Origin: Acetobacteraceae bacterium
Lineage (GTDB): Bacteria; Pseudomonadota; Alphaproteobacteria; Acetobacterales; Acetobacteraceae
Direction: 5' to 3'
Length of the DNA: 64,000 nt
Assembly: GCA_036265005.1 (NCBI GenBank)
Contig: DATAPW010000030.1
Coordinates: 3,575-67,574 of the forward strand
The notes under the pieces: generated by a model
Told to the model about the DNA's origin: nothing
Databases searched by the model: none
The model's input: only the letters and a program-made list of their open reading frames with translations
Program-made: the position numbers and the translations under genes
Shown here: in pieces, positions 1-10,677 of the stretch
How positions within the stretch are numbered: the first letter of the stretch is position 1
Layout of the letters: every line of letters begins with the position of its first letter

Positions 1-524
1 TGTGCCAGGACACGATCGGCGAGACGCTGCGGCGTGTCGTCCGGCAGCACCGGCACCGCGGCCTGCGCCAGGATCGGCCCCTCGTCCATCGCCTGGGTCA
101 CCAGGTGGACGGTGCAGCCGTGCAGCTTCACGCCGGCGGCCAGTGCACGGGCATGCGTATCCAGGCCAGGAAATGCCGGCAACAGGCTCGGATGGATGTT
201 CAGCATGCGGCCCTTCCAAGCATCGACCAGCAGCGGCGTCAGCAGCCGCATGTAGCCGGCGAGGCAGACGATCTCGACCCCGACAGCCTGCAGCGCGGCG
301 TCGATCTCTGCCTCGTGTGCGGCGCGATCGGCCTTGAACGGCCGATGGTCGATCGCCCAGGCTGGCACGCCGGCTGCCTGTGCCAGCGCCAGGCCCGCGG
401 CATCCGGCCGGTTCGAGATCACCAGCGCGATCTCCGCCGGATACGCGGGGTCGCGGGCAGCCGCGATCAGCGCGGCCATGTTCGACCCCCGCCCGCTGAT
501 CAGGATGGCGGTGCGCCGCCTCAC
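1..524 (-). CDS. purN: Phosphoribosylglycinamide formyltransferase (PurN), C-terminus outside the window
   Basis: This minus-strand frame is open to the left edge, so it is absent from the track (no stop in the window). The GTG at 524-522 overlaps the purM stop (GTGA). My translation reads [22 protein letters not shown]...[18 protein letters not shown]...[17 protein letters not shown], which carries the GAR transformylase motifs. The purM-purN order is the classic one. Confidence 0.9.
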   Translation of the reverse strand, partial: MRRRTAILISGRGSNMAALIAAARDPAYPAEIALVISNRPDAAGLALAQAAGVPAWAIDHRPFKADRAAHEAEIDAALQAVGVEIVCLAGYMRLLTPLLVDAWKGRMLNIHPSLLPAFPGLDTHARALAAGVKLHGCTVHLVTQAMDEGPILAQAAVPVLPDDTPQRLADRVLA

Positions 525-1603
525 CCCGGCCAGCCGGCAGGCAGCTCCATCCGCACACGCGGCGGACCGCTCGCGGCCTCGATGTGGCCGATGCGCGCGA
601 CGCTTTCGCCCTGGTCGCGCAGCAATTCCGTGGCGGCATCGACATCGGCGACCACGATGGCCATGCCGATTCCGCAGTTGAACACCCGGAACATCTCGTC
701 AGGGGCGACGCCGCCGGTGCGGGCCAGCCAGCCGAATACCGGCGGTACCGACCAGTATGGTTCCAGCACGGCGACGGTGTCCTCGGGCAACACCCTGGGC
801 AGGTTGCCGGGCAGGCCGCCGCCGGTGATATGCGCGGCGGCCTTCAGCAATCCGGCACGGTGCAGCGCCAACAGGGCCGGAACGTAGATCCGGGTCGGCA
901 CCATCAACGCCTGGCCGAGTGAAATCTCCCGGTCGAATGGCGCCGGTGCGCTCCAGGGAAGGCCACTCACCTCGACCACCCGGCGCACCAGCGAATAGGC
1001 ATTGGAGTGCACGCCCGAGCTTGCCAGGCCCAGCACCGCGTCGCCCGGCTCGACGCCATGCGGCAGGAGATGCCCGCGCTCCGCGGCGCCGACCGCGAAG
1101 CCGGCAAGGTCGTAGTCGCCGTCGCCATACATCCCCGGCATTTCGGCGGTTTCGCCACCCACCAGGGCGCAGCCCGCCTCGTTGCAGCCCGAGGCGATGC
1201 CGGCGATCACTTCGCGCGCCTGCCGGGGATCGAGTTTTCCGGTGGCGAAATAGTCGAGGAAGAACAGCGGTTCGGCGCCCTGCACCACGAGGTCGTTGAC
1301 CACCATCGCGACCAGGTCGACCCCGACCGCGTCGTGGATGCCGGTCTCGATCGCCACCTTCAGCTTCGTGCCGACGCCATCGGTGCTGGAAACCAGGACC
1401 GGGTCGATGAACCCCGCCGCCTTCAGGTCGAACAGCGCGCCGAATCCGCCCAGCCCGCCAATCACCCCCGGGCGAGTCGTGGCGCGAGCCAGCGGCTTGA
1501 TCGCCTCGACCAGGTTATCCGCCGCCTCGATATCGACGCCGGCGGCCCGATAGCTCAGGCCATTGCCCGTCGTCGCACCCAAATCATGATCACCCCTGGT
1601 CAT
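521..1603 (-). CDS. purM: Phosphoribosylformylglycinamidine cyclo-ligase (AIR synthetase, PurM)
   Basis: 360-aa ORF with [22 protein letters not shown] and [10 protein letters not shown] motifs. It sits directly upstream of purN. Confidence 0.95.
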   Translation of the reverse strand: MTRGDHDLGATTGNGLSYRAAGVDIEAADNLVEAIKPLARATTRPGVIGGLGGFGALFDLKAAGFIDPVLVSSTDGVGTKLKVAIETGIHDAVGVDLVAMVVNDLVVQGAEPLFFLDYFATGKLDPRQAREVIAGIASGCNEAGCALVGGETAEMPGMYGDGDYDLAGFAVGAAERGHLLPHGVEPGDAVLGLASSGVHSNAYSLVRRVVEVSGLPWSAPAPFDREISLGQALMVPTRIYVPALLALHRAGLLKAAAHITGGGLPGNLPRVLPEDTVAVLEPYWSVPPVFGWLARTGGVAPDEMFRVFNCGIGMAIVVADVDAATELLRDQGESVARIGHIEAASGPPRVRMELPAGWPG

Positions 1604-1740
1604 GGCGCCCCCCGATACGCTACTGCCTTGGTCCGCTGAGCTGCGCCGTCAGGCGCAAAACGGGTGGACGATGGCGGAAACAACCATAGGCCACCTGCTC
1701 CGCGCAATGCAGGGGGCGCAGGTCGGGGGAAGACAGGCCG

Positions 1741-2310
1741 ATGCCTGACGGAACGCAAGTCGGCCGGACTACGTCCACTGCGCTGCTGACGTTGCCCAAC
1801 GTCATCACGTTCGGCCGCCTTTGCGCGGTGCCGCTGGCGGTCTGGCTGGTGATGGAGAAACAGTTCGCCCAGGCATTCTTCCTGTTCGCCGCCGCCGGCC
1901 TGTCCGACGCGGTGGATGGCTGGTTGGCGCGACGCAACGGCGGCGGCAATTCCGTGGGAGCGCTGCTGGACCCGGTGGCCGATAAGGCGTTGCTGGTGAC
2001 GATGTATGTTACCCTCGCGGCGGTTAAGGCATTGCCTGACTGGCTGGCGATCCTGGTGGTGTTTCGCGATACGGTGATTGTCGGTGGCGTTGTCGTGCTG
2101 TCATTGCTGGGCCATACCGTGATGATACGGCCGCTCTATGTCTCGAAGCTTAACACCGCACTGCAGATTGTGCTGGTGGCTGTGACATTGCTGCTGTCCG
2201 GCTTCGGGCTGGCCGCCCCGGTCGTGATGGCCGTGCTGGTATGGGCGGTTGCGGCGAGCACTCTCGGTTCGGGTGCGGCCTATGTATGGATCACGGCACG
2301 CAGGAGATGA
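1741..2310 (+). CDS. CDP-alcohol phosphatidyltransferase family protein (PgsA-like)
   Basis: 189-aa multi-TM ORF. It carries the family motif D-x2-DG-x2-AR...G-x3-D-x3-D, read here as DAVDGWLARRNGGGNSVGALLDPVADK. Confidence 0.85.
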   Translation: MPDGTQVGRTTSTALLTLPNVITFGRLCAVPLAVWLVMEKQFAQAFFLFAAAGLSDAVDGWLARRNGGGNSVGALLDPVADKALLVTMYVTLAAVKALPDWLAILVVFRDTVIVGGVVVLSLLGHTVMIRPLYVSKLNTALQIVLVAVTLLLSGFGLAAPVVMAVLVWAVAASTLGSGAAYVWITARRR

Positions 2311-3473
2311 GCGACAGCGCCGAACTTCCACCTCCCGAGACACCTCCGCCCACCGAGCGCCGTGCCTGGTTTCCCGCCGCGCCCGCGCCGCTTTCCGGCC
2401 AGGCGACGCGAGGCCAGCGGGTGGCCCTGGTGGTCGGCCTCCTGGTCGTGCTGTGGCTGGTGCTGCAGCTGTTCGCCTCGGTGCTGGCACCATTCGTTGC
2501 CGCCGCCGGCATCGCCTATGTGCTCGACCCGCCGACCACGCGGCTGACGCGTCTCGGCCTGCCGCGCGGCATCGCCGCTCTGCTGATGATCGTCGCCCTG
2601 CTGGCCGCGGTGCTGCTGTTCGCCTTGCTGCTGTATCCGCTGATCCTCCAGCAGATCGGGCTGCTGCTCGGCCGCATTCCGCAATATGTCCAGTTGCTGC
2701 AGCGCTGGGCGAGCGAGGTGCTCACCGACCTGCAGCAGAATTTTGGCTCCGACGTGGTGAACGACAAGCTGCGCGACCTGGTCAGCAGCCAGGCCGGCAA
2801 CATGCTGAGCTTCATCGCCTCGTCGCTGACCAGCGTGACAGGCGCCGGCTTCGCGATCTTCAACGTGCTGACCCTTGCGGTGGTCACGCCGGTGGTGGGC
2901 TTCTACCTGCTACGCGACTGGCCGCGGGTTGTCGCCATGGTCGATTCCTGGCTGCCGCACCGCCATGCCGAAGTCATCCGCGCCCAGGCCCGCGAGGTGG
3001 ACCGCATCCTGTCGGCATGGGTGCGCGGCCAGGCTCTGTGCTGCCTGATTCTGGCCCTGTATTATGCCTCGGCACTGACGGTGGCCGGCCTGGACCTGGG
3101 ACTGATCGTCGGCATGGCGGCGGGCCTGCTGTCGTTCATCCCCTATGTCGGCTCGATTACCGGCGGGGTCACCGCCATCGGGCTGGCGCTGGCGCAGTTT
3201 CCGCATTGGCGCGGCGTGATCGTGGTCGGCGGCGTGCTGGTGGTCGGCCAGATCCTTGAGGGCTACGTAATCTATCCCCGCTTCCTCGGCGACCGGGTGG
3301 AACTGCCGGCGGTTTGGGTAATTTTCGCCCTGTTCGCCGGCGGCGCGGCGTTCGGCTTCCTCGGGGTCATGCTGGCAGTGCCGGTCGCCGCGACTATCGG
3401 CGTGTTGTGCCGATTCTGGCTGCGCCGCTATCTGGCAAGCCCGCTTTATTTGGAACCGCCAACCAAGCGGTAA
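2307..3473 (+). CDS. AI-2E family (PerM/UPF0118) transporter
   Basis: Polytopic membrane ORF with the typical LLRDWP...ILSAWVRGQ...LLSFIPYVGS core. I trimmed the track ORF (2241) to the ATG at 2307. That ATG overlaps the upstream stop (ATGA) and follows an AGGAG. Confidence 0.8.
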   Translation: MSDSAELPPPETPPPTERRAWFPAAPAPLSGQATRGQRVALVVGLLVVLWLVLQLFASVLAPFVAAAGIAYVLDPPTTRLTRLGLPRGIAALLMIVALLAAVLLFALLLYPLILQQIGLLLGRIPQYVQLLQRWASEVLTDLQQNFGSDVVNDKLRDLVSSQAGNMLSFIASSLTSVTGAGFAIFNVLTLAVVTPVVGFYLLRDWPRVVAMVDSWLPHRHAEVIRAQAREVDRILSAWVRGQALCCLILALYYASALTVAGLDLGLIVGMAAGLLSFIPYVGSITGGVTAIGLALAQFPHWRGVIVVGGVLVVGQILEGYVIYPRFLGDRVELPAVWVIFALFAGGAAFGFLGVMLAVPVAATIGVLCRFWLRRYLASPLYLEPPTKR

Positions 3474-3539
3474 CGGAATTTTCGCCGCCGCAGCCGCGTC
3501 TCCCGGCACTGCGGTGCTTACGCCAAGGAGTTGATCGAC

Positions 3540-3944
3540 ATGGCAAGTGTAATGGCACTCGAGCCAGATTGGGGACCCCGTGTCCGCAGCATCCTACGGA
3601 TCATGGTGGGACTGTTGTTCCTGGAACACGGCCTGGCCAAGCTGTTCGGGTTCCCGTCCGCCGCGATGCATCCGGCGATGTTTCACCTCCTCTGGTTCGC
3701 GGGGGTGATCGAGGCATTGGGCGGATTGCTGGTCGCCCTGGGCCTGTTCACGCGCTATGCAGCCTTCATCATGTCGGGCGAAATGGCGGTGGCCTATTTC
3801 ATGTCGCATGCGCCACGGAACTTCTTCCCGATGATGAATGGCGGTGACGCCGCGGTTCTGTACTGCCTGATCTTCTTCTACCTTTTCGTGGTCGGCGGCG
3901 GGGCATGGAGCATCGACAGCCTGCTTGGCTGGGACCGGCAGTAA
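3540..3944 (+). CDS. DoxX family membrane protein
   Basis: Small 4-TM protein with LRIMVGLLFLEHGLAKLFG and LGGLLVALGLFTRYAAF, which are DoxX-like. I chose the ATG at 3540 because it lies 9 nt after AAGGAG. The track start (TTG 3531) abuts the SD. Confidence 0.75.
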   Translation: MASVMALEPDWGPRVRSILRIMVGLLFLEHGLAKLFGFPSAAMHPAMFHLLWFAGVIEALGGLLVALGLFTRYAAFIMSGEMAVAYFMSHAPRNFFPMMNGGDAAVLYCLIFFYLFVVGGGAWSIDSLLGWDRQ

Positions 3945-4079
3945 TCCTGCGTCGCGTTGATGATGCCCGACCGTGACAATTGCTCCCGGCCAGCGCGCCT
4001 CACGCCACTGTTTCCCCCAACCCACCGCATTCACAGTTGATTGCGTGCCGCAAACCGGTGCCGCACGGTAAGCAGGCCT

Positions 4080-5021
4080 ATGCGTAACCATCGGCGCTCT
4101 GCGCTCTTGGGCAGCTTGGCGGTCGTCCTTGCGCTGCTCTCCGCCTGCACCTCGAACCAACCTGTCAGCGTCACGTCGCTGCAGCCGGTGCCGCTGCCTG
4201 CGTACGGTATCGGCGACGTGTACGCATTCACCGATGGCAGCATTGAAACCGTGGTCGCCAGTGACGGCAAGGTGGTGCGCTGGCGTGGCGGCGACGGCAG
4301 CTATGTCACGTCTCGCGATGTCCTGCTGCCACGCCTCGCCTGGAGCAATCCGACGGTGCAAGGTGAGCGGCACTATCCTGATGCAGCGATGCTGCTGTTC
4401 CCGTTGCAGGCCGGCAAGAGCGTCATGTTCACGGCCTCACGCACTGTCCGGCCGGCATCCGGCGGCAACCCGGCCACCACGCAGGAGAGCTGGCGCTGCG
4501 GAGTCGCCGGCGCTGCCCCGGTGGACACCCCGGCCGGTCATTTCGATACCTGGCGGATCGACTGCACGATGGTCGAGCAGCCCGCCGCACCGGGTGGTGG
4601 CCTGATCCAGCGCAGCTTTTACTACGCCCCCGACATCGGCTTCTACGTGCGGCGCGAGGAGAAGATCGGCGGCGCGCCGCAGCAGGTGATCGACCTGACA
4701 GGCTATGCGACGTCGCAGCCGGCATTGCCGGGCACCGCACAGAGCTTGCGGGTGGCCGGGCTGCAGCAGGCCCTGGAGCGCAACCAGAGCGGACAGGTGG
4801 ATTCCTGGAGCGATAAGGCCAGTGGCGACACCGGCGACATCGAGCCGCTCAGGACCGTGCACTCCGACCAGTACAGCCTGTGCCGGCGCTTTGCCGAACG
4901 CATCCAGGTCGGTGGGCGGGTCTACCATCTGGAAGGCACCGGCTGCCACGCCAGTTCCGGGGTCTGGGACATCCTTGCGCTGTCGCCGAGCACCAACCGG
5001 AGCAGTTGGACCCGCCCTTGA
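4080..5021 (+). CDS. Lipoprotein with a C-terminal 17-kDa-surface-antigen-like domain
   Basis: The signal peptide plus lipobox is MRNHRRSALLGSLAVVLALLSAC. The C-terminus, SW.D..SG.TG.I.P......CR.F......G.......G..C....G.W, resembles the 17 kDa surface-antigen family as I recall it. The start was trimmed from 4041. Confidence 0.6.
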   Translation: MRNHRRSALLGSLAVVLALLSACTSNQPVSVTSLQPVPLPAYGIGDVYAFTDGSIETVVASDGKVVRWRGGDGSYVTSRDVLLPRLAWSNPTVQGERHYPDAAMLLFPLQAGKSVMFTASRTVRPASGGNPATTQESWRCGVAGAAPVDTPAGHFDTWRIDCTMVEQPAAPGGGLIQRSFYYAPDIGFYVRREEKIGGAPQQVIDLTGYATSQPALPGTAQSLRVAGLQQALERNQSGQVDSWSDKASGDTGDIEPLRTVHSDQYSLCRRFAERIQVGGRVYHLEGTGCHASSGVWDILALSPSTNRSSWTRP

Positions 5022-5047
5022 CGTGATGACGGCGGAGGGTCCGGAGT

Positions 5048-5779
5048 GTGGTGGTGCGCGCCACCGGTCAACTGCCATTGCCCCTCCCCGCCGCTCAGCG
5101 TTTCGCGGCTGCCGACTTCCGCGAGGCGCCATCGAACGAAGCGGCGCTTGCCTGGCTCCGCCGCACCGCGGACTGGCCGGGCCACCGGCTGCTGCTGTGG
5201 GGCGGGGCCGGTTGCGGCAAGACCCACCTGCTCCACATCTGGTCCGAGGAGATGCGGGCCGAACGGCTCGCAGGGCCGGATTTGCAGGGCCTGCCCGACC
5301 TGCCGACCGCTGCCGGCGTCGCGATCGACGACGCCGATGCGGTGGTGGACGAAACCGCACTGTTCCATCTGCTGAACGCCGCCGCCGAGGCTGGGCTGCC
5401 CGTGCTGCTGGCCGCGCGGACGCCGCCGGCGCGCTGGACCATCCGGTTGCCGGACCTCGCCAGCCGGCTGCGTGCCATCACCGCGGTCGAGATCGCACCG
5501 GCGGAGGAAGAACTGCTGCGGGCGCTGCTCGCGCGACTGCTGGCTGACCGGCAACTGCGCCTGCCGCACCCGGTGCATCAATGGCTGCTCCGCCGCCTGC
5601 CGCGCACCGCGGCTGCGCTGGCTGATGCCGTCGCCCGCCTGGATGCGGCATCGCTGGACAACCATCGGGCCATCACGGTGCCGCTGGCCCGCGATGTGCT
5701 GGCGGAACTGGTTACTGCGCCGGATGAAATTTCTGGGACAACGACGCACCCCTCGCGGGATGACCCACGTGTCCTGTAG
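5048..5779 (+). CDS. hdaA: DnaA regulatory inactivator HdaA (DnaA-related AAA+ protein)
   Basis: N-terminal QLPLPL clamp-binding-like motif, P-loop GGAGCGKTHL and a DnaA-like box (LPDLASRL). GGAGGG lies 8 nt upstream of the GTG start. Confidence 0.8.
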   Translation: MVVRATGQLPLPLPAAQRFAAADFREAPSNEAALAWLRRTADWPGHRLLLWGGAGCGKTHLLHIWSEEMRAERLAGPDLQGLPDLPTAAGVAIDDADAVVDETALFHLLNAAAEAGLPVLLAARTPPARWTIRLPDLASRLRAITAVEIAPAEEELLRALLARLLADRQLRLPHPVHQWLLRRLPRTAAALADAVARLDAASLDNHRAITVPLARDVLAELVTAPDEISGTTTHPSRDDPRVL

Positions 5780-5788
5780 GATCACGCG

Positions 5789-8038
5789 ATGAACAAGTCA
5801 CTCGCCCGGGAGCTGCCGCCACGCGGCAACGTCGCTGAGGACGTGCTCGACCGACCGCCCCCCGCAGCCGGACCGCCGCAATCCGGGCTGAGCGCCATCG
5901 CGCCCGACAGCCCGGACCGCTTCATAAACCGCGAGCTGTCCTGGCTCGACTTCAACCACCGCGTGATCGAGGAGGCGGAGAACCCGCGGCATCCGCTGCT
6001 GGAGCGGCTGCGCTTCGTCTCGATCAGCGCATCCAACCTGGATGAGTTCTATTCGGTGCGCGTCGCCGGCCTGATCGGCCAGGCCAAGGCCGGGGTGACC
6101 GCCGTGTCGCCCGATGGCCGCACGCCGGCACAGCAGCTTGCCGAGATCAAGCTTCGCGCCGAGGCCCTGCTCGCCGAACAGCAGCGCGTTTGGCGCGAAC
6201 TGCGCGGCCTGCTGCGCGACGCCGGCATCGAGGTCTGCGAGCCGGAATCGCTGACAGCCGACGACATGAAATGGCTGGAGACGTGGTTCATGGAGCGGGT
6301 GTTCCCCGTCCTGACCCCACTCGCCATCGATCCGGCACACCCGTTCCCGTTCATCCCGAACATGGGACTGGTGATGGCGCTGCTGCTGGTGCGCGGGGAA
6401 GACGGCGTGAGCATGCGCGCCCTGCTGCCGCTGCCGAGCCAGGTCGAGCGGTTCATCAGGCTGCCCGGTGCGACCGGCGAGTCGATCCGCTTCGTGCTGC
6501 TGGATGACCTGGTCGGGCTGTTCCTCGACCGGCTGTTTCCGGGTTTCCGCGTCGGCGACAAAGGCACGTTCCGATTGATCCGCGATACCGACGTGGAGTT
6601 CGAGGAAGAGGCCGAGGACCTCGTGCGCTCCTACGAGACGGCGCTGAAGCGTCGCCGTCGTGGTGTGGCGATCCATCTCGGCATGGACGCCAAGATGCCG
6701 GAGGAGCTGCGCGCCTTCGTCGCCGCGGAACTAGACGCGAACCCCGATGAGACGCATATCACCGATGGCATCCTGGGCGTCGCCGACCTGCGGCAGCTGA
6801 TTGTTGACGACCGGCCGGACCTGCTGTTCCCGCCGTACACGCCGCGTTTCCCCGAGCGCATCCGCGACTTCGGCGGCGACTGCTTCGCCGCGATCCGCGC
6901 CAAGGACATCATCGTCCACCACCCGTTCGAAAGCTTCGACGTGGTGGTGCAGTTCCTGCGCCAGGCGGCACAGGACCCCAACGTGATCGCGGTGAAGCAG
7001 ACGCTGTACCGCACCAGCCGCGACAGTCCCATCGTCAAGGCACTGATCGAGGCGGCGGAGGCAGGCAAGTTCGTCACCGCCGTGATTGAGCTCCGCGCGC
7101 GGTTCGACGAGGAGATGAACATCCGCCTGGCGCGCACCCTGGAGGCCGCCGGCGTGCAGGTGGTATACGGGTTCGCCGAACTGAAGACCCACGCGAAGCT
7201 GTCTCTGGTGGTGCGGCGCGAAGGCAGCGGCGTGCGCTCCTACGCGCATTTCGGCACCGGCAACTACCATCCGATCACCGCTCGCATCTACACCGACCTG
7301 TCGTTCTTCACCACGGACCCGGACCTGACGCGCGACGCCGCGCGGCTGTTCAACTTCATGACCGGCTATGCCAGGCCGGAGAAGATGGATGCACTGGCGT
7401 TCAGCCCGCTGACCACGCGGTCCGTGCTGGCAGAACTGATCAAGCGTGAGATCGCCTTCGCGCATGCCGGCAAGCCTGCCGGCATCTGGCTGAAGCTCAA
7501 CTCGCTGGTGGACGAAACGCTGATCGACCTGCTGTACCAGGCATCATCCGCCGGCGTGAAGGTGATGGCCGTGGTGCGCGGCATCTGCTGCCTGCGCCCC
7601 GGCATTGCCGGCCTGTCGGACAACATCCGCGTCAAATCCATCGTCGGACGCTTCCTGGAACACAGCCGCATCTGCGTGTTCGGCAACGGTCATCCGCTGC
7701 CCAGCCGGCATGCCCGCGTCTATATCAGCTCGGCCGACTGGATGGTGCGCAACATGGACTGGCGCGTCGAAACGCTGGTGCCGATCCACAATCCGACCGT
7801 CCACGCTCAGGTGCTGGACCAGATCATGGTGACCAACCTGAAGGATTCCATGCAGTCATGGGAGCTGCGCAGCGACGGTGTCTGGCGCCGCGTCGCGCCC
7901 GGCAAAAAACCGATTTCGGCTCACGATTACTTCATGACCAATCCGTCACTGTCCGGCCGGGGCTCCGCGCTGCATGGCCCGGCGGTTGCCTCGCCGCTGA
8001 ACAACCATCGCCGACCGGATCGCGTCAACCAGGATTGA
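5789..8038 (+). CDS. ppk: Polyphosphate kinase 1
   Basis: 749-aa ORF. It contains [27 protein letters not shown] and a pair of PLD-like HKL/HAK regions. Confidence 0.95.
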   Translation: MNKSLARELPPRGNVAEDVLDRPPPAAGPPQSGLSAIAPDSPDRFINRELSWLDFNHRVIEEAENPRHPLLERLRFVSISASNLDEFYSVRVAGLIGQAKAGVTAVSPDGRTPAQQLAEIKLRAEALLAEQQRVWRELRGLLRDAGIEVCEPESLTADDMKWLETWFMERVFPVLTPLAIDPAHPFPFIPNMGLVMALLLVRGEDGVSMRALLPLPSQVERFIRLPGATGESIRFVLLDDLVGLFLDRLFPGFRVGDKGTFRLIRDTDVEFEEEAEDLVRSYETALKRRRRGVAIHLGMDAKMPEELRAFVAAELDANPDETHITDGILGVADLRQLIVDDRPDLLFPPYTPRFPERIRDFGGDCFAAIRAKDIIVHHPFESFDVVVQFLRQAAQDPNVIAVKQTLYRTSRDSPIVKALIEAAEAGKFVTAVIELRARFDEEMNIRLARTLEAAGVQVVYGFAELKTHAKLSLVVRREGSGVRSYAHFGTGNYHPITARIYTDLSFFTTDPDLTRDAARLFNFMTGYARPEKMDALAFSPLTTRSVLAELIKREIAFAHAGKPAGIWLKLNSLVDETLIDLLYQASSAGVKVMAVVRGICCLRPGIAGLSDNIRVKSIVGRFLEHSRICVFGNGHPLPSRHARVYISSADWMVRNMDWRVETLVPIHNPTVHAQVLDQIMVTNLKDSMQSWELRSDGVWRRVAPGKKPISAHDYFMTNPSLSGRGSALHGPAVASPLNNHRRPDRVNQD

Positions 8039-8042
8039 CCGC

Positions 8043-9548
8043 ATGCCATATCAGCCGCCAGCCAATTCGCCCCGCTGTGCGGTGGTCGATCTTGGATCGA
8101 ACTCGGTGCGTCTCGTCGTGTTCGAAGGACGGTGCCGCAACCCGGTGGCAATCTTCAACGAGAAGGCGGTGTTGCGGCTTGGCCGCGGCTTGCAGGCGAC
8201 CGCACGGCTGAACGAAGACGGCATGGCGCAGGCGTTCACCGTGATGCACCGCTATCACGCAGTGGCGCGCGCGATGGGCGCCTCGCCGTTCGAGGTGCTG
8301 GCCACCGCGGCAGTGCGCGACGCGCGCAATGGCCCTGACTTCGTCGCCGGCCTGCAATCGCGCATGCCGGAGGTGCCGATCCGCGTGCTGTCCGGACTGC
8401 AGGAGGCGGAGTACTCCGCCCTGGGTGTGGTGTGCGGCATCCCGACCGCGGACGGCATCCTGGCGGATATCGGCGGCGGTTCGCTGGAGTTGGTGCGGCT
8501 CGATCGCGGCGTGCCTGGGCCGTCGCACACGCTCAGCCTCGGCGCCATTCGGTTGGCCGAGCGCGCGGACGGCGATCCGGTGCGCGCCCGCGCCATCGCC
8601 GACGCTGATCTGGCGACCGTGCCATGGCTGGCCGAAGGGGCGAACCGCGATCTCTATCTGGTCGGTGGGGCATGGCGCGCGTTGGCGCGGATCCACATGG
8701 CGCAGACCGGCTATCCGCTGCAGATGGTGCATCACTACACGATCGGCCGGGAGGAGGCGCGCGACCTGACCGGCGTGATCGCCGGCGCCGGCCGGCGGGC
8801 GCTGGAGCGCCTGCCCGGGCTGTCACGCCGTCGCATCGACGATTTGCCGTTCGCCGCCGTGGCGTTGCGGCGCGTGCTGCGAGCGACCGGCGTGCGCCGC
8901 GTGGTGTTCAGCGCGAGCGGGCTGCGCGAAGGCTGGTTCATGCAGCGGATGCCGGAGGCGATCCGCGCCGAAGACCCGTTGCTGGCCGCGGGGCGGGACT
9001 ATGCCGGGCGGCTGGGGCGCGATGCCAACCTGCCGCCGGCGTTGCTGGGCTGGACGGACCCGTTGTTTCCGCACGAGGTCGGCGAAGCGCGCCGGCTGCG
9101 CGAAGCAGCATGCTGGATGTCGGATATCGGCAGCCACGATCATCCGGAGTTCCGCGCCGAGCAGGCGTTCCTGCGGGTGCTTCGTCAGCCCGGGATCGGA
9201 CTGGACCACCACGCCCGCGCCTTCCTCGCGATGGCGATCGCCATGCGCTACGAGGTGGATGGCGAGGCGGCCTTCCTACGCCCCGCGCGCCTGCTGCTGG
9301 ACGTGTCCAGCATGCATCGGGCCGAGGTGCTGGGCGTGGCATTGCGGCTCGCCTACACGCTGTCTGCCGGCACACCGGACCTGCTTGCCGGCACGGCACT
9401 GCATCTGTCCGGCAGCCGGCTGATCCTGCGACTGCAGGAAGATAGCGGGGTGTTCGCCGGCGAGAGCGTCATGCGCCGGCTGGATCGCCTGGCGCAGGCG
9501 GTCGGCCTGGAGGCGGCAACGGAGACGGCACGCGAGCAGGCGGCGTGA
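8043..9548 (+). CDS. ppx: Exopolyphosphatase (Ppx/GppA family)
   Basis: 501 aa. It has the N-terminal ASKHA-fold motifs VVDLGSNSVRLVVF and DIGGGSLEL and lies immediately downstream of ppk. Confidence 0.9.
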   Translation: MPYQPPANSPRCAVVDLGSNSVRLVVFEGRCRNPVAIFNEKAVLRLGRGLQATARLNEDGMAQAFTVMHRYHAVARAMGASPFEVLATAAVRDARNGPDFVAGLQSRMPEVPIRVLSGLQEAEYSALGVVCGIPTADGILADIGGGSLELVRLDRGVPGPSHTLSLGAIRLAERADGDPVRARAIADADLATVPWLAEGANRDLYLVGGAWRALARIHMAQTGYPLQMVHHYTIGREEARDLTGVIAGAGRRALERLPGLSRRRIDDLPFAAVALRRVLRATGVRRVVFSASGLREGWFMQRMPEAIRAEDPLLAAGRDYAGRLGRDANLPPALLGWTDPLFPHEVGEARRLREAACWMSDIGSHDHPEFRAEQAFLRVLRQPGIGLDHHARAFLAMAIAMRYEVDGEAAFLRPARLLLDVSSMHRAEVLGVALRLAYTLSAGTPDLLAGTALHLSGSRLILRLQEDSGVFAGESVMRRLDRLAQAVGLEAATETAREQAA

Positions 9549-9574
9549 GTTGATGCGTATCGGGGGATGCGTGT

Positions 9575-9609
9575 CGGGCGGCGGAATACGCTGCGCTTTT
9601 CCGCCCTAC
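9575..9609. repeat. REP-like hairpin copy (a), ending in CCCTAC
   Basis: gggcggcggaatacgctgcgcttttcccgccctac, with the stem GGCGG(A)A/TTCC(C)GCC. It is nearly identical to the copy at 61674-61702. Its CTA supplies the TAG stop of the minus-strand gene 9606-10655. Confidence 0.6.
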
Positions 9610-10655
9610 GCTGCGAACGCCGGCGCCACCTTCCGCATGAACAGCGTCAGGCTCTGCGCCACGTCGTCATAGTTCATCGGCCCGAGCCGGAACTGCATGA
9701 TGACACCGCCGACGCCGATCGCATCCACCTTGGCCAGCGCCTCTGCGACCGTCGCCGGCGAACCGTAGATCAGCGAGTGCTCGATAACCAACCGCGCCGC
9801 GGGCGCCGCACCAGGCGCTGGCATCGGCACGATCGACACGCCCTGTTCCTCGTACACCCGCTTGCGCATCGCCGTGCGCTGCTCGTGCATCGCCTGGAAC
9901 GCCGGCACCGCGATGCGCTCCGCTTCGGCATCGGTCTCTGCCACGAACACGTTGCGCCACACCCAGCACTCATCGACATTGCGCGCCACCGCCGCCTCGT
10001 CGCAACCCTGTTCGCGCAACGTGCGCCGATACAGGTCCATGCGATGCTGCGTCACCTCGTTCGACTGCACGTTCATCATGAACGGCCGGCCCTGCTGCGC
10101 GATATGCAGCATCCCTTCCTCGCTGGATGCCGAGCGGATCACATGGGGATGCGGCTGCGTATACACCCGTGGCCGCAGCATCGGCACCTTGATGTCCCAG
10201 AACTTTCCGCGGTGCTCGAACTGCTCGCCGCGCCAGGCCCGGAACATGATCGCCTCGGCCTCCTCGAAGCGCTCCTGAGCCTCGCTGTGGTCGAGCCCGT
10301 AGCCCTGGTAATCGTAGATGTTGTAGGCGGTGCCGCGGCCCAGCCCGACAATCAGCCGCCCCTTGCTGATGTTGTCGATCAGCGCAAGCTGCTCCGCCAT
10401 CCGGATCGGATGGTGCAGCGACATCTGCGCCACCGCGAAGCCGATCTTGGCGCGCCTGGTTGCCACTGCCAGCGATGCCGCGAAACTGACCGGATCGACA
10501 TAGGCGCAGATGCCATCGAAATGATGTTCCGCCAGCCAGATCACATCGAACCCAAGCTCGTCCGTCAGGCGCGCCTCGTCCAACGTCTCGTCGATTACCC
10601 GGCCATCCTGTGAGGGATCGCGGCTCTCGGGGAAAAGGAAATTGCTGAACCTCAA
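9606..10655 (-). CDS. LLM-class (luciferase-like) flavin-dependent oxidoreductase
   Basis: 349 aa with the typical LLM N-terminus DELGFDVIWLAEHHF...GRLIVGLGRG. The start is TTG, preceded by AGGAG with 6 nt of spacing. Confidence 0.85.
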   Translation of the reverse strand: MRFSNFLFPESRDPSQDGRVIDETLDEARLTDELGFDVIWLAEHHFDGICAYVDPVSFAASLAVATRRAKIGFAVAQMSLHHPIRMAEQLALIDNISKGRLIVGLGRGTAYNIYDYQGYGLDHSEAQERFEEAEAIMFRAWRGEQFEHRGKFWDIKVPMLRPRVYTQPHPHVIRSASSEEGMLHIAQQGRPFMMNVQSNEVTQHRMDLYRRTLREQGCDEAAVARNVDECWVWRNVFVAETDAEAERIAVPAFQAMHEQRTAMRKRVYEEQGVSIVPMPAPGAAPAARLVIEHSLIYGSPATVAEALAKVDAIGVGGVIMQFRLGPMNYDDVAQSLTLFMRKVAPAFAA

Positions 10656-10677
10656 GCGGGGCTCCTGTCGATTGGCA

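Noticed and set aside
1604-1740. Short palindromes in ordinary intergenic regions. Examples are TGCGCC-gtca-GGCGCA near 1650, CGGCAAATTGCCG at 25381-25393 and GCATTAAATGC near 58905.
   Set aside because: Stems of 5-6 bp are expected by chance in 64 kb of GC-rich DNA. They have no supporting context such as phasing, repetition or a U-tract.
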